From the NCBI GenBank assembly GCA_946965045.2, contig OX337235.1, forward strand, positions 1,302,001 through 1,366,000: DNA of 64,000 nucleotides, in the 5' to 3' direction. Each line of letters starts with the position of its first letter. The stretch's first letter is position 1. The notes under the pieces were generated by a model that was not told the origin of the DNA, ran no database searches, and saw nothing but the letters and a program-made list of their open reading frames with translations. A program made the position numbers and the translations under genes. Below are positions 31,821 to 43,965 of the stretch, in pieces. This stretch comes from Epithemia pelagica. Its lineage: Eukaryota > Protista > Bacillariophyta.

Positions 31821-33033
31821 AGTAGGAAACGAATTTGGGCTACGATTGGTGGAGGAGCGGAACTTGTAGCATTCACAGCGTTCGGTCTCGTCGCAAGATG
31901 CACCACAAAATAGAGAGGACGGGGAAGGAAGACAATGAGTCTCATCCGTCTTGTGTGGGGATGCTCCGTCAACGAGTCGGCCTGCGTTCCCGTCTAAAAG
32001 ATTGTATAGTTCTTTAATTATTCTTAAACTGACCACGTCCGCACGCCGCTCGCCGATCCGGAGTGGCCACATTCAATCAATCGGACCAACCTGGCACGTG
32101 TCCAATCTACCTCTACTACACGTAGGCACGTAGGAGTAGTAAGGTAGGCTTCCGCCGAATTGGCGACTGTCACTTCTCTTCTGGGGCCATGATGGAGAGG
32201 ACACTCGGAAATTTGGCATGACATGGTCGGATGTGCATCTCCGTGCCGACAACATGAAACAATAGGTCGGAGCAGTAATTGGTATACACAGACCTACTTG
32301 GACGAGAGAGGAGAATTCCGAGCGCATTGAGGAAGTGAAATTGTAGACATAACGTATATAAGATAACTTTCCTGAATCCTGAATGTGATACAATTGCAAT
32401 TTCGCGGCATTTTGACTCCCAACTACCTACGAGGTCGCCACAGCATACATTGGGATGGGGACGTATCAACTCCACCACATAAATAGGATGCTTTATTCGG
32501 AGAGGCACCGTTTGCTTTTTTTGTTGTTCCTCCGCCTGCAATAATGTCAATGAATGTCTATGAATGCTCTCGTTAGTGCCTTTCCCACATGGATCTCCCT
32601 TGATAATTGAGATGAATCTCCATAGTCATGGTTGGCCTGTATGTTGACTCTATTTCGTTTGGTGTTGAGCGGTGCACCGACCTTTTCGTTGCTTCTTGTG
32701 GATGCGGCGTGTGCTCGCGTCGTGCTGGTACCCCTGGGAGCACGTCTGGACAGTTGCGATTCATCCCCAAACAGCATACATCAAAATTTGAAGGAAAAGG
32801 TTCATTCGAAGACACGGTCAGGTCCTTCGGTGTCTCCTCTTCTCTAGAACTAGCGGCCATACATGATGTGTTGATCATTTATATTAGGTATATCGAAACA
32901 ATTCCATACGGATAAATTAAAGGGGAAATACCAAAACGTTCCAGCCGTCCAGAGCTGGAATGGCGTTCTTTCCCCGGCTTGTGTTGTTGATGGCCACCAC
33001 ACTTCATCATCAACCCCCATTAATAAAATTAAA

Positions 33034-34232
33034 TTAGTACCGTCCTTCTTCCATGCCATCGTTTTGGATACGTTCGCCTCCTGAACTACTTCCTTCCAAT
33101 CGGTTCCAGTCCCAATCCAGACTGCTGTGATTGTTCGTGTAACCTTGAGACCGGAAAAGGTCACGGAACATACCTCGAAGATAGGCGATATTAGGTTTCG
33201 CCTCGAACTTGAGGGAACGGCAATAAGCCAAGTATTCTGCAAACTGGGAAGGGCATCCTTGACATAGGGCGGGGATGGTAATCGACTGTTTCTTCTCCAT
33301 AATCAACTTGTATTTCTTGGTGGCCGACTTAGCCTTGAGACCTTGCCACGGGAGTCCTCCTTTCAAGAAATAAACAAGAACGTATCCAATGGATTCCAAA
33401 TCGTCACGTCGCGATTGTTCTACACCCAAGTGATTATTGATAGATGCATAACGAGGAGTTCCGGTGAGAGACCGACCTTCTCTCTGCGGAATGTGTTGGA
33501 GTGTTCGAGGGTGACGGTATCGCTTTGACAAACCGAAATCAATGCAGTAAATGAAATTTCCATTGCCTCGTCCGGCATCCGTAACAAAATTGGCTGGTTT
33601 GATATCACGATGGATCAAATGCCGAGAATGCATCAATTCTACACGTTCCAACATTTGATCCGCCACCATGAGAACCGTCTTTAAAGAAAACCGCCGGCCA
33701 CATTTGTTGAATTGATCCTCAAGAGAAGGACCCAAAAGGTCCATGACCATCAGGTTGTAGGAATCTTGGGTTCCGAAATAGTGGACCTTGGCGAATCCGG
33801 GAGCATTTTGCAATTCACGGTACACCTTATACTCATGACGAAGCTGAGGGCATCTGGCACCGTGCTTTTCAAATTTTACGGCAACCTATAGACACAATGT
33901 AGTTATCATGGTCAGAAATCGGCATCCAAAGCGCAACAGAAAGTGAAAACTGTTGGGACTGACCGCGGTACCCGGCGCCGCCGCGTCTTTGTGAACCGAA
34001 AAAGTCTGTGTCCCACCATCAACGTACCTTTTCACCATTGGCTCCAACTCCAAGGTAAATATCACCAAACGATCCCCCACCCACACGTTTTGTGATGCGG
34101 TATTTCTAATTTCCATCAAACAAACAAAACCAAACGATTGTCATGGAAACGAAACGAGACGGTCAGTGCCATGGTCATCCACAGTCCCTACGAGGCCCTA
34201 CGTAGAAAACGTACCGAGATCGACGACTGCAT
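33034..34232 (-). CDS. CK1: Casein kinase 1 (315 aa); exons 34232-34215, 34105-34028, 33885-33034
   Basis: Spliced MQSSIS|KYRITKRVGGGSFGDIYLG...EK|VAVKFE; HRDIKPANF, IDFGLSK, SLTGTPRYASIN, SRRDDLES. Confidence 0.97.
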
Positions 34233-34733
34233 GGCGGGCTGTTTTCCTTCGTGCGGCCAAAACCCGTTTTATGTTCGAGACCGAATTGTGCTATCTCTCT
34301 CTCGCTGTCTGTCACTGCGGCGGGCGGCGGCTGTGTGTGAGTCGCCAATCGATTCGAAGGTACTCCTCCAACCGATAGTGGCTCACGCTCGTTACCACTG
34401 CCGCCAATCTCCCACCGCTTACATAAGCCGGCAAGTGGGGTCGGCGAGAATCCTTCATAGTATTCCATAATTGAGAGAAGCCTCCCCGGCCGGCACGTGT
34501 CAGACACCCCCTCCCCGCTCTCCAAAAAACAACGCCCAATAGGATACGAGTCCTCAAAGCTGGGGAGTGTCGCGTTTGGATTAGACCCATACAGCTTACG
34601 ACACACACGCCTGACAACACCCGCGCTCCGCGCTCTGTTCTCCGATTCTGCTCCCCAAATCCCAAAAACTGCATCAGTCCGGATCTTTGTGCTGCCAATC
34701 GAGAATCCTCTTCGTCGTCATCATTCATCAATC

Positions 34734-36176
34734 ATGCGAGAGATTCCTCCCTTGCAGGTTTTGTGTCTCCGTGTGGTTGGATCACACGCTTGTTCCGCCG
34801 AAACCACCTTTGCCAAAGATGGCAAAGAAGAGCCGAGCTTGGCGAGTCGATTGCTTCGAAGTTTTCACCGTCGTCCGGCCGTACTGGTGGAATCTCCCAA
34901 CCATGAACAACAACAACAACAACAACTAGTAGCTACGGAAGAACTACCACCGCTTCGACGGACGCCCTGTATTGGACCAGGAAGCGCACGTCGAGCACAA
35001 GCCAATGAAGTGGATTTGCATCATCCCTTTGCGGGATGCAAGGCCGGAAGCAACCACCACCAGCCACAGCAGCAGACAACCAACACGGCCTTTTGGATGC
35101 AATATGGAAATCCCGCCATGGATTGTCTCCAATGCTACATTGACGCTCTGGTAGAACTAGGTCGTATGGATGACAGTCGATTGGGTCGTCACTTTTTTGA
35201 AGAATGGAGAGCCAATGTTCTTTTGGCCCATTCGTCCCAGATGCCGACCGAAACGCCCACAGCTCCGACGACACGGACGCCTGCTTCCAAAAAACGACGA
35301 CGGACGTTACCTACATCTTCTTTGGCATCCAAAGCGTCGCCCTCGGAACTGGGCAATGACGGAGGAATTCCCATTGTGGGTTCCCTATCCCTACACAATT
35401 GTACGATTTCCACTGAAACCTTTTCGGCCATGCAATCCAGTCAAATGGGTGTGTATTTGGCCGTCCTCGATCTTTCCGGTGTCGGCGGCCTCACCGACAC
35501 CATGTTGGAAGGCTTCCTTCCACAATGCACCCAACTGGAACGGTTATCGATTAAAAATTGTCGTCGTGTCACCAACAAGGGTGCCAACGCCATTGCCAAG
35601 CACGAGGCCAGTACTCTGGTGAGTCTGGATCTCGGTGGTGTCTACAACATTGACATTTCCAAAGTTTTGGAACTAGTGGAACAAATGACCAAACTACAAG
35701 AATTGCATGCCAGTGGTTTGGGTTGGACCGACAGCACGATGGAACAATTGACTCAACTTTGTCCCGATTGGAAGGCCCTCAGCTTATCGTACAGCTTACA
35801 ACTCTCTCAAACAGCCTTGCGGCAAGCCTTGCTTCCAGTCGGCACGTCTCTTTTGTCCTTGTCCTTGGCCTTTTGCGAAGCGGTTGTGGACAATGCCCTT
35901 TTGGGCATGTTGGGTCGCAATTTGCCTCGGTTGTTGTATTTGGATATTCGGGGCAATTCCAGTTTGACGACACTGACGGGATGGTACGATGGTCGAGTTT
36001 CGGCCGATTTACTCCAGAGTCAACCCTTGACTGTATTGGGACGGTATTCCGGCCTCTCCCAAGCCAGTGTGGAAGAAACGAGACGTGTGCATCCCCGGGA
36101 ATCCTCCGAATTGACCGTCGTTTTGGATGGAACAGGGACTGGCTTGGGTATCATGAGTGAACTGGCGTCCAACTGA
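34734..36176 (+). CDS. RNI-like LRR protein (Rad7/AMN1/FBXL-like) with N-terminal BC-box-like motif
   Basis: IPPLQVLCLRVV; LRRs LAVLDLSGVGGLTD, LERLSIKNCRRVTN, LVSLDLGGVYNI, LLYLDIRGNSSLT; start uncertain (ORF open from 34497). Confidence 0.75.
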   Translation: MREIPPLQVLCLRVVGSHACSAETTFAKDGKEEPSLASRLLRSFHRRPAVLVESPNHEQQQQQQLVATEELPPLRRTPCIGPGSARRAQANEVDLHHPFAGCKAGSNHHQPQQQTTNTAFWMQYGNPAMDCLQCYIDALVELGRMDDSRLGRHFFEEWRANVLLAHSSQMPTETPTAPTTRTPASKKRRRTLPTSSLASKASPSELGNDGGIPIVGSLSLHNCTISTETFSAMQSSQMGVYLAVLDLSGVGGLTDTMLEGFLPQCTQLERLSIKNCRRVTNKGANAIAKHEASTLVSLDLGGVYNIDISKVLELVEQMTKLQELHASGLGWTDSTMEQLTQLCPDWKALSLSYSLQLSQTALRQALLPVGTSLLSLSLAFCEAVVDNALLGMLGRNLPRLLYLDIRGNSSLTTLTGWYDGRVSADLLQSQPLTVLGRYSGLSQASVEETRRVHPRESSELTVVLDGTGTGLGIMSELASN

Positions 36177-36991
36177 ACCTCGTTTGTGGTGGTTTCTCCC
36201 ACGCATGATGGCGTTGCTCCTTGGATGCAGCAATTGTCCTCGTCGCAGCGGCACAACGTCTCGAGTCGTTTCTACTTGCAAAGTCTACCTCGCACTCTAC
36301 TTGGTAACCTTTTCATGACACGAACAATTTCTGATTCTCCTGTCCATTTACCCACCAGACTAGAGATTTGGTCCAAAAGGACGTGGTGCGACAGTTCCAA
36401 TCAAAAGACAGCATCGATCGAAACGTTTCTACTCGTATCCCTCTACAGCGTCCATGGACCCTTGCTTTCGGAGATGGGGGTGGGGAATCTATAATGTATC
36501 GTCGTCCTGTGCTCCGTTGCTTTGACCATTTGCTTTCAACTCTAGGGAGTTTTTGATCCAAGAGTACGGATACGAGTACTGGAGCAGTTGGCAACACAAT
36601 TGGCACGATAGGAGAACGAATACATGACTTGTAGTTGTTACAAAATCGAACAATGGGTTCCATTTCCTAATGTAGTAGCATCATCTTTGAACCTTGAACT
36701 AGGACGGCGACTCTCTACTAGTAGAGGCATGAAACTGGGTTCAACATTGTTCGTAGCGTTGCTGGAATCTGGAATACCTCCTACCTACCTAGATCAATAT
36801 GGATTTCAAATCGATCCGATTGGCAATCGGGACCAACTCTGGATTTATGAAGAAAGAAAAAGACCCCTCGCTTCGGCAGCATGCGCATCGGATGGGGCTG
36901 TTTTGAATCAAAGAGTGAACGCGTATTTGAAATAGAGCCATTTGTTATGTGACCTGATCTTGGAATACCTCTAATCAAGCCAGCCGACAGT

Positions 36992-38488
36992 GTGAATACG
37001 CAGGCCCATCCGCTTCCGGGTGGACATCCTTCTCCCGCCGACACATCCAGGTCCTCCTCTCGAACCAGTAGTACCCCAAACAACAAACAACAAAGTGATT
37101 TGCAACAAGGCAACCGGACAATGGTAGTATACTTGGACCGTTGCTTTCCAATAATGATGGAGACCAAGACCCGTACACACGATTGTCTCGAGTCAAGAAG
37201 GACATCACGACGGTCCAATTCTTGTAGTAGTATTTTGTTGACCTGGGTACTACTACTCAGTCTCCTGAATCGGGTGGACAGTGCCCTGACCGATCTCACG
37301 GAACCGGAGGAGGAGACAACACGAGAATTGTACACTTGGACGGACTATCCATCGTTTTCACCCGTTTCCACTCCTCGAATAAGTACCAACGACTGGAAGA
37401 CTGCGGTAACATCGGATCAGGAACGAAGCCAATGGAGAAAGGACGACGACGACGACGACTATTACTACAACTACAAACAAGGAAAAAAGGACAAACAGGC
37501 ATGGAAGAGATATTACTATAATGACGATAGTGACAGCGACCGAGGAAAGAAACGCACCAAAGAAAACAGCTCGTACAATGACTCGGATCGGCAGGGGAAA
37601 AAGAAAAAGCGTGTACGAGTGTATCACCACTATCATCGTGGCAAGAAGGATGACGATCGTCGTGGCAAGAAGGATCGTACTCCAAAACCCTCTTATCCGG
37701 CTCCCAAACCCACGTCGAAACCAACTCCCAAACCCACCGACTCACAGACGCCTGTACCAACACCACGAACCACCGTGACACCGCGGCCCACAACGCCCGA
37801 ACCCTCCTCGGCTCCTTCGGGGAAAAAGAAAACCGAGGCACCCACTTCCATCCCTGTCCCAACGGAAATGCCAGTGGGCAAAAAGACTTCAGCGCCGACT
37901 CCTCAACCCATGGATGGGCCAACCGCCATGCCCACCGGCAAAAAGGGACCCGAACCGACACCTCCACCCATGGATGGGCCTACCGCCATGCCCACCGGCA
38001 AAAAGGGACCCGAACCGACTCCTCCCCCCATTGACGGGCCGACCGCCATGCCCACGGGGAAAAAGGGACCCGAACCGACACCTCCACCCACGACAGAGGC
38101 ACCCACACCCAACATTGCTGTGCCAACCGTGAAACCCAGTTTGACGACGACTCCGGCTCCCACGGGCAAAAAGGGGGACAACAACACTGGAGCACCCACC
38201 CGGTTGCCACCCACGGGAGCTCCCGTTCCTGGAGGCGTACCACCATCCCCCGCACCCACGGGCAAGAAAACGGATCCCACGCTAGCACCGGGAGAGACGG
38301 CGGCCCCCACGGCGGGCAAAAAGGGTGGTGCGACACCGGCACCTTCGGCGGCGGCGACGGGTCCAACGACCCAGCCCTTGAATAGCCCCACTCCCACGGG
38401 CAAAAAGGGAAGTGACACGGAGGATGATGCGGATGACGACGACGATGACGTCACTTCGCCGGCACCCACAGGAAAGAAACGTTTGTAA
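36992..38488 (+). CDS. Secreted Lys/Tyr/Asp-rich and PT-repeat protein with 15 GKK motifs (silaffin/cingulin-like candidate)
   Basis: Hydrophobic ILLTWVLLLSLL segment, REL (RXL) motif, DDDDDDYYYNYKQGKK block, PTGKKG repeats; true start uncertain. Confidence 0.75.
   Translation: MNTQAHPLPGGHPSPADTSRSSSRTSSTPNNKQQSDLQQGNRTMVVYLDRCFPIMMETKTRTHDCLESRRTSRRSNSCSSILLTWVLLLSLLNRVDSALTDLTEPEEETTRELYTWTDYPSFSPVSTPRISTNDWKTAVTSDQERSQWRKDDDDDDYYYNYKQGKKDKQAWKRYYYNDDSDSDRGKKRTKENSSYNDSDRQGKKKKRVRVYHHYHRGKKDDDRRGKKDRTPKPSYPAPKPTSKPTPKPTDSQTPVPTPRTTVTPRPTTPEPSSAPSGKKKTEAPTSIPVPTEMPVGKKTSAPTPQPMDGPTAMPTGKKGPEPTPPPMDGPTAMPTGKKGPEPTPPPIDGPTAMPTGKKGPEPTPPPTTEAPTPNIAVPTVKPSLTTTPAPTGKKGDNNTGAPTRLPPTGAPVPGGVPPSPAPTGKKTDPTLAPGETAAPTAGKKGGATPAPSAAATGPTTQPLNSPTPTGKKGSDTEDDADDDDDDVTSPAPTGKKRL
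37907..38086 (+). repeat. 3 x 60-bp coding tandem repeat (PMDGPTAMPTGKKGPEPTPP)
   Basis: Units at 37907, 37967, 38027. Confidence 0.9.
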
Positions 38489-39768
38489 GAACGAGAATCA
38501 CGAAAGGTTTGGTTCTTTGTTGTTGAAAAGAAGAAGATGCATCCTTGCGTAATTTCGGATCGACAAAGGCCTTACTCCGAACCAATCGAAAAACGATCCA
38601 ACTGTACTCGTGGCCCTCCGGGACGATCCGGACCGACTCTGTGGGAGCCATGGTGTCATGTGTGAATTCACAGACATTGTAGTACGACTCATGTCCAGGA
38701 GTGCCTTGAAATCACTCCGCAGGAGCAGTCCACAGGGTCTATTGACACTCTATGTTTCGATATATACGAGACGAATCGAATGTGCAGGTCATGGATTCGA
38801 CCTCGTTTATTACTGTAGTTCTAGATATAATGTGTGACTAGTATGAAACCTTGAATTTCCTTGCGCGTTCGTCTTGTCTTGGACTGAAACACCAGAGTGT
38901 CGGGGGTGCGACCGCGATTTCAGACGACAAGTTGTATGGGGTGCATAGAAGACCTGGGGGTTGTCCCTTTTAGAAGAAACATTCATTTTCCTCTCTTTGT
39001 TTGCATCGTCTGAGACAGACACGCCAAAGTAGATTGAGGGGGTCTAACAGTGGAATGGTGCACTGGAAAAGGAGAGGAACACACGTGTGAGTGTGAGTGG
39101 GAGTTGCCACCACCCACCCCCGTTCGAATTTCTGTAGCGAGAACGAGTGGTTGGAGTTGTTGTTGTAATTTGGAAAAAGTGTGGAGAAATGGCTCCCGGT
39201 CGGTGCGCCCAGATTTCGGGGCTATGGAATGGTAACGGTCCTTGTTGTGCGATCGATGTGGGTCCTATGTAGGGTGCGCGCTGGAGATCTGTCGAAGGAT
39301 GGACATGCTCGCTTCTTACAACTTTCCAGTGGTTTGTACATCTGAAACTCATTACAATGTTTGAATAGAAATGAGTCGGTTCGCTGGAGCGTACCGAAAC
39401 TTGTCATTTGAGTGTGCATCCCATAACAACACGACCAAAAGCCCTCCTACGGGATCTTCAACGGATCAATGGGTACGCTGTTAGGGACCAACTCGCTGCT
39501 CTTCCACAGAACCAGGATGAGCCGCACTTGGACGTTTGGTTGGATGGAGCCGTTCCATCATTGCCATTGTGTTTCGTAGTGTGGTCTTGTTCATTTTGGA
39601 AAAGGCGCCTTTTTCCTTTCTTCTTGTCTTGTTTGGTGCAAGCGACTGTCCAGAGGAGTTTTACGGGTGGTGTTTGGTTTACACACACAATTGTCATCCT
39701 CCCCGTGTCTCTTTCGCCTCCTCTCTGTTGGTTGGCCATTCGGAACGAGACCCAGGAGCACCACCACC

Positions 39769-42105
39769 ATGTCCAAGTTGTTGCGGTCCAGAATGTTGCC
39801 TCACTCCAATTGGCTGCTGACACTGGTGTATATCTGCAGTGTAGCTGTCCAACACGTTCAATCGCAACCATCGGCCGCACCGTCCGATTTCCCTTCGGAT
39901 TTCCCATCCTTTGCACCCAGTGGTTCTCCGACCACGAGTCGGTCTCCATCCAATCCTCCTTCCCTATCGGCCGTTCCCACGACCACTCCCACCGTGTTTC
40001 CATCCACGACACCCTCCACGTCCCCCTCGCAACGCGATGACGACCAGGATGGATTTCCCGCCAGTGAGGATTGCAATGACAATGATCCCACTATCAATCG
40101 GGATCGACCCGAAATTTGTGGCGATGGCATTGACAACAATTGCAATGGTGAAACGGACGAATTGCCCTGTTTGGCCGATGCCGATGGCGATGAATGGTTT
40201 GTCGTCACATGTGCCGTCCCAGGGGACGCCGAGTGTCTGGACTTTACCACCCGATTTGAACCGGATACGGTCGATTGTGACGACACAACGTCCGTCATTT
40301 CACCCTCGGCGCCCGAAGTCTGTGGCGATGGCATTGATAACAATTGCGATGGTGTGGATGATACCTGTCCCGTGACAACCTCTGGTAAGTTTGGGTGATG
40401 GAGGAGGAGTTTCTCTGGGACTTTTATTTTGGACTACGGGTCCTCACGTGGTTCTGTCGTCCTTTGCTTGTAGCTCCATCTTCAAGTCCCTCCGATGCTC
40501 CATCTGCCGCTCCATCCGTGGCTCCGTCTGTTTCTCCCTCCCAGTCGGCGGCTCCCTCGCCTCGGGCTACCCAAAGTCCTACGCCCGTCCCTTCGGCAAT
40601 GCCCTCCAGTACGGTCAAACCCAGTGCCGAGCCATCCGTGTCGAGTGCTCCTTCGACGGTTCCGTCCGTAGAACCCTCGCACGCACCATCGGCCTCCCCA
40701 TCGACTTCATCTCCCGTCGTATCTTTGCCCACGACAACCTCCAGCCCTACCCAGGCTCCTTCGACCGCATCTCCGACACCCTCGTTGGTGACTGTCACAC
40801 AAACCTTTCGCAATCTCAACATTGAACTCGTTGGGATTGATGAGGAACTGGGACCCGAGGCAACGGACGTGTTTGCGCAGGAACTGGTCCAGGCCTTTGA
40901 TACCTTTTACAATACCAATCCCGCAACTCGACTGTTACTTCGTCGGTCGTTGGTGGCACAATCGGTCGTGTCCGACGTGGAAACCACGATTGATGTGGTG
41001 GGTCAACAAGTTCGTACCAACGACCAAAATGATCCGGTCCTCGTCGTGTTGTTTGATCAAACATTGGCCTACAAAATTCCTTCCACTGCGCAATCGGACG
41101 TCAGTGCGATTGACGTTGTCTCGGAACCCCTCCAGGATAGCAATGTGGCGGATCAATTCTCATCGGATTTGATTGTCGGTCATCCCGAATTTTCCTCCTT
41201 GGCCACCGTGTCAAGTGTCACTCTTCCCAGTGGTCCCACCCCCAGCAGCAATGACAACAATGAGGATGATGGCGACAGTGGTTTGGATTTGGGCATTATC
41301 ATTGCCATTGCCGCCGCCGGTGGTGCCGTAGTCGTGGGAGCCATTGTCGTCTTGGCCTTGCGACGCAAACGAGACAAGATGGGTCATGAATCGCTCCCGG
41401 CAACTATTGATCCACCACCCCGCAACGAACTCATGGGTGGAGAAGATGTGAGCATGGTCAGTGACAACAATACCTACGATGAAACCAAATCCGCCCTACG
41501 AGGAGATCAAAGGTACGTGTCTCAACACCACACAATAGGATGGAGCAAACTGCGCATGTTTCGCGCTTCTCCATGCTTACCAACCGTTTTCTCGTGTATT
41601 GTGTCGACACATTAGTATTGAGACTATAGATTACGATTACTCCAAGGCCTACGGTGGCGGGGAGCAATCGGTGGTATCGTCCGCGGGTGGGACCTTGGGA
41701 GATAATACCAGAGAGGCGGGGAGTCAAGCCTTGGCCAGTAACGTGGGTGGCCGAGCCGCCTTGGGAGCCAGCTTTGATTCGGATGGGGCCGGCAACAACA
41801 GTGCTACGGCGCAAGAACCCATTGTTCAAGAACAAACCATTCAAATATGTGCACCACCCGGAAAATTGGGGGTGGTCATTGACACGCCCAATTCCGGTGC
41901 ACCCGTCGTACATGCCGTCAAGGATTCGTCCGTCATTGCCAATCTCATTAGTGTGGGAGATCAACTCATAATGGTGGATGATATTGACGTGTCCGATATG
42001 ACCGCCATCAAGGTCAGCAAACTCATTAGCAAGAAATCGGCAAATCCACAAAGAAAGCTGACTATTGTGCGAAAGGTTGTCATTGAACCTGGGGATGCAC
42101 AGTAG
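39769..42105 (+). CDS. Type I membrane protein with two Cys/Asp-rich MopE-like repeats, PS stalk, TM and C-terminal PDZ; introns 40385-40473 and 41513-41615
   Basis: DCNDNDPTIN...EICGDGIDNNCNGETDE and DCDD...EVCGDGIDNNCDGVDD; TM LGIIIAIAAAGGAVVVGAIVVLAL-RRKR; PDZ PPGKLGVVID...VVHAVKDSS...VGDQLIMVDD; both introns frame-consistent. Confidence 0.85.
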
Positions 42106-43323
42106 ATATCATCATCATTTTCCGGTCATTCATATTTTTATTTGTTACTGTAGATGCATATTGATCACATTTGAGAGGATGTATAAAACATAATATTATG
42201 AGTCTTGAAAAACAACAATACTGCTCTCGATAACCAAAGAAGTAACGAGAAATGTCTCTGAGCAAGGACACTGCCTTAGTTGTAAAGGTCGACATTGTAC
42301 GGGTCCGTTTCCTTTTGCCGCAACAGGGGGATATGACTGTCGTCGTCTTGTTCGGTAAACCTTGAGTAGTCATCGTCTGATGATGTGTATCTTCGAAATC
42401 CAATGGGAAAGCAGACTATTTTTCTCGCTCTTCGTTTACTTCGTGACAACTTCCAAACCTTTTGTGCGTCGATCCGTACACTTGGTTCTTGTATGCTTGG
42501 AAAAGCTCCATTCCGGTGATGAATCTGTGCTTGGGGGAACGAAAGGGGGCATCTCTTTCGATTCCTTTGCTCTTCCATTGTGTGCAAGTCCATAACAGTT
42601 ACAGGTGGCAGTAATCCAATCGGCCAGGACTCCTCTAGTCTGGGTGAATGATTGTTTTGTGGTATTGTGGATGGAGCACGTCAACCAACAAGAAACTGTG
42701 TGACCATTCCAAAAATGTGGCACGGCTTCCGGTTGCGATTCTTGGTTTTTTTGGTGTCTCGACGGCCTCGCCCATGTCACTGCGTTACTTATGCTTTGTT
42801 CCGCAGGTCTGCGTTGCCGCCCAACACGGGGCCGGTCGTTCTATGAAATTTTGAGGCACGGTCACCAAATCCACTCACAAATAATACGGGGATAACGGTA
42901 GAATGCATGTAGTTACGACTCAGGCGCGGGACTCTTATCAAACATTTTTCTAAATAGCTTCATGTGTTCATGTGCCTACTCGCATGCTGGCGACAATGCC
43001 CAGTCGCAGTTTCGTTCGTGGTTCCGCGCTCGAAGCTCGAAAGTCGAAAGGCCTAAAATTGAGGCGACGTAGACGACAGACGACAGGCCTCACCTACCCC
43101 CCAGCGGGGGTGAGTGAGTCCCGCAGGCCTCAGTCGGAAAAAAGCTGCACCCTATGCAACACTAGGTGCGACTGACCGGTTCGTCCCTGCTTGGGGGTAA
43201 GGCCTCACCATTATTTGCCGATCCCACATCCCACTGCACCCGTCATGTATCGAACAACGAGAATCAAGAAGAAGAGACTCCAGAGAGAGTAGTCCTAGAT
43301 AATCTACACTGGGATGATCAACA

Positions 43324-43965
43324 ATGCCTCCTCACGGCCATGATCACGATCACGATCATGAAGACGACAATGATCCAGGGCTAAGTTTGAGGCAGTACAT
43401 TGACATCCAAGGGGTGACTTGTTTGAACGAAGAAGTAGCTGGGTCTGGTAGATCAGTATTGAAGATGCACGATGAACGAATGACGGAGACTCCCTCTGTA
43501 ATGTCACCCGAAGATGATCCCGAGCTTTTATTCTACATTCCATTTAAAGAGAGCGTCACCATTCGTCACATCACCATCCACAACGCGAGTAAAAACACTG
43601 CCAATGCATCTCCGCGACGAGTCAAAATCTTTACAAACCGAGATGATATCGACTTTGAGACAGCACGAGAATTGCCGGCTCATTTCGAACTCCATCTTGT
43701 GCCTCCCGAACATTTTATCGAGGGAACCGTTGATTATCCAGCAAGACCAGCGGCACCGTTCGTTAATATTAGCTCCATTGCACTATTTGTGATGGACAAT
43801 TTTGATGATTCAGGAGAGGCTCCAACAGAGATCACCTTTCTTGGTTTCAAAGGGAAGGGGACCAATATGAAGCGAGTGCCGGTTGAGACGGTGTACGAAT
43901 CTAGACCAATGCCAGAGGACCACAAAACTCCAGGTGCAGAGTTTGCTGCACGTGATCTAGTGTAA
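43324..43965 (+). CDS. PITHD1: PITH domain-containing protein, copy 1 (213 aa)
   Basis: His-rich N-terminus; LRQYIDIQGVTCLNE, DDPELLFYIPF, PRRVKIFTN, TEITFLGFKG. Confidence 0.9.
   Translation: MPPHGHDHDHDHEDDNDPGLSLRQYIDIQGVTCLNEEVAGSGRSVLKMHDERMTETPSVMSPEDDPELLFYIPFKESVTIRHITIHNASKNTANASPRRVKIFTNRDDIDFETARELPAHFELHLVPPEHFIEGTVDYPARPAAPFVNISSIALFVMDNFDDSGEAPTEITFLGFKGKGTNMKRVPVETVYESRPMPEDHKTPGAEFAARDLV

Noticed and set aside
36867-36881. 15-nt match to the 5' end of U6 snRNA (CTCGCTTCGGCAGCA)
   Set aside because: No ACAGAGA box or other U6 sequence downstream; likely chance
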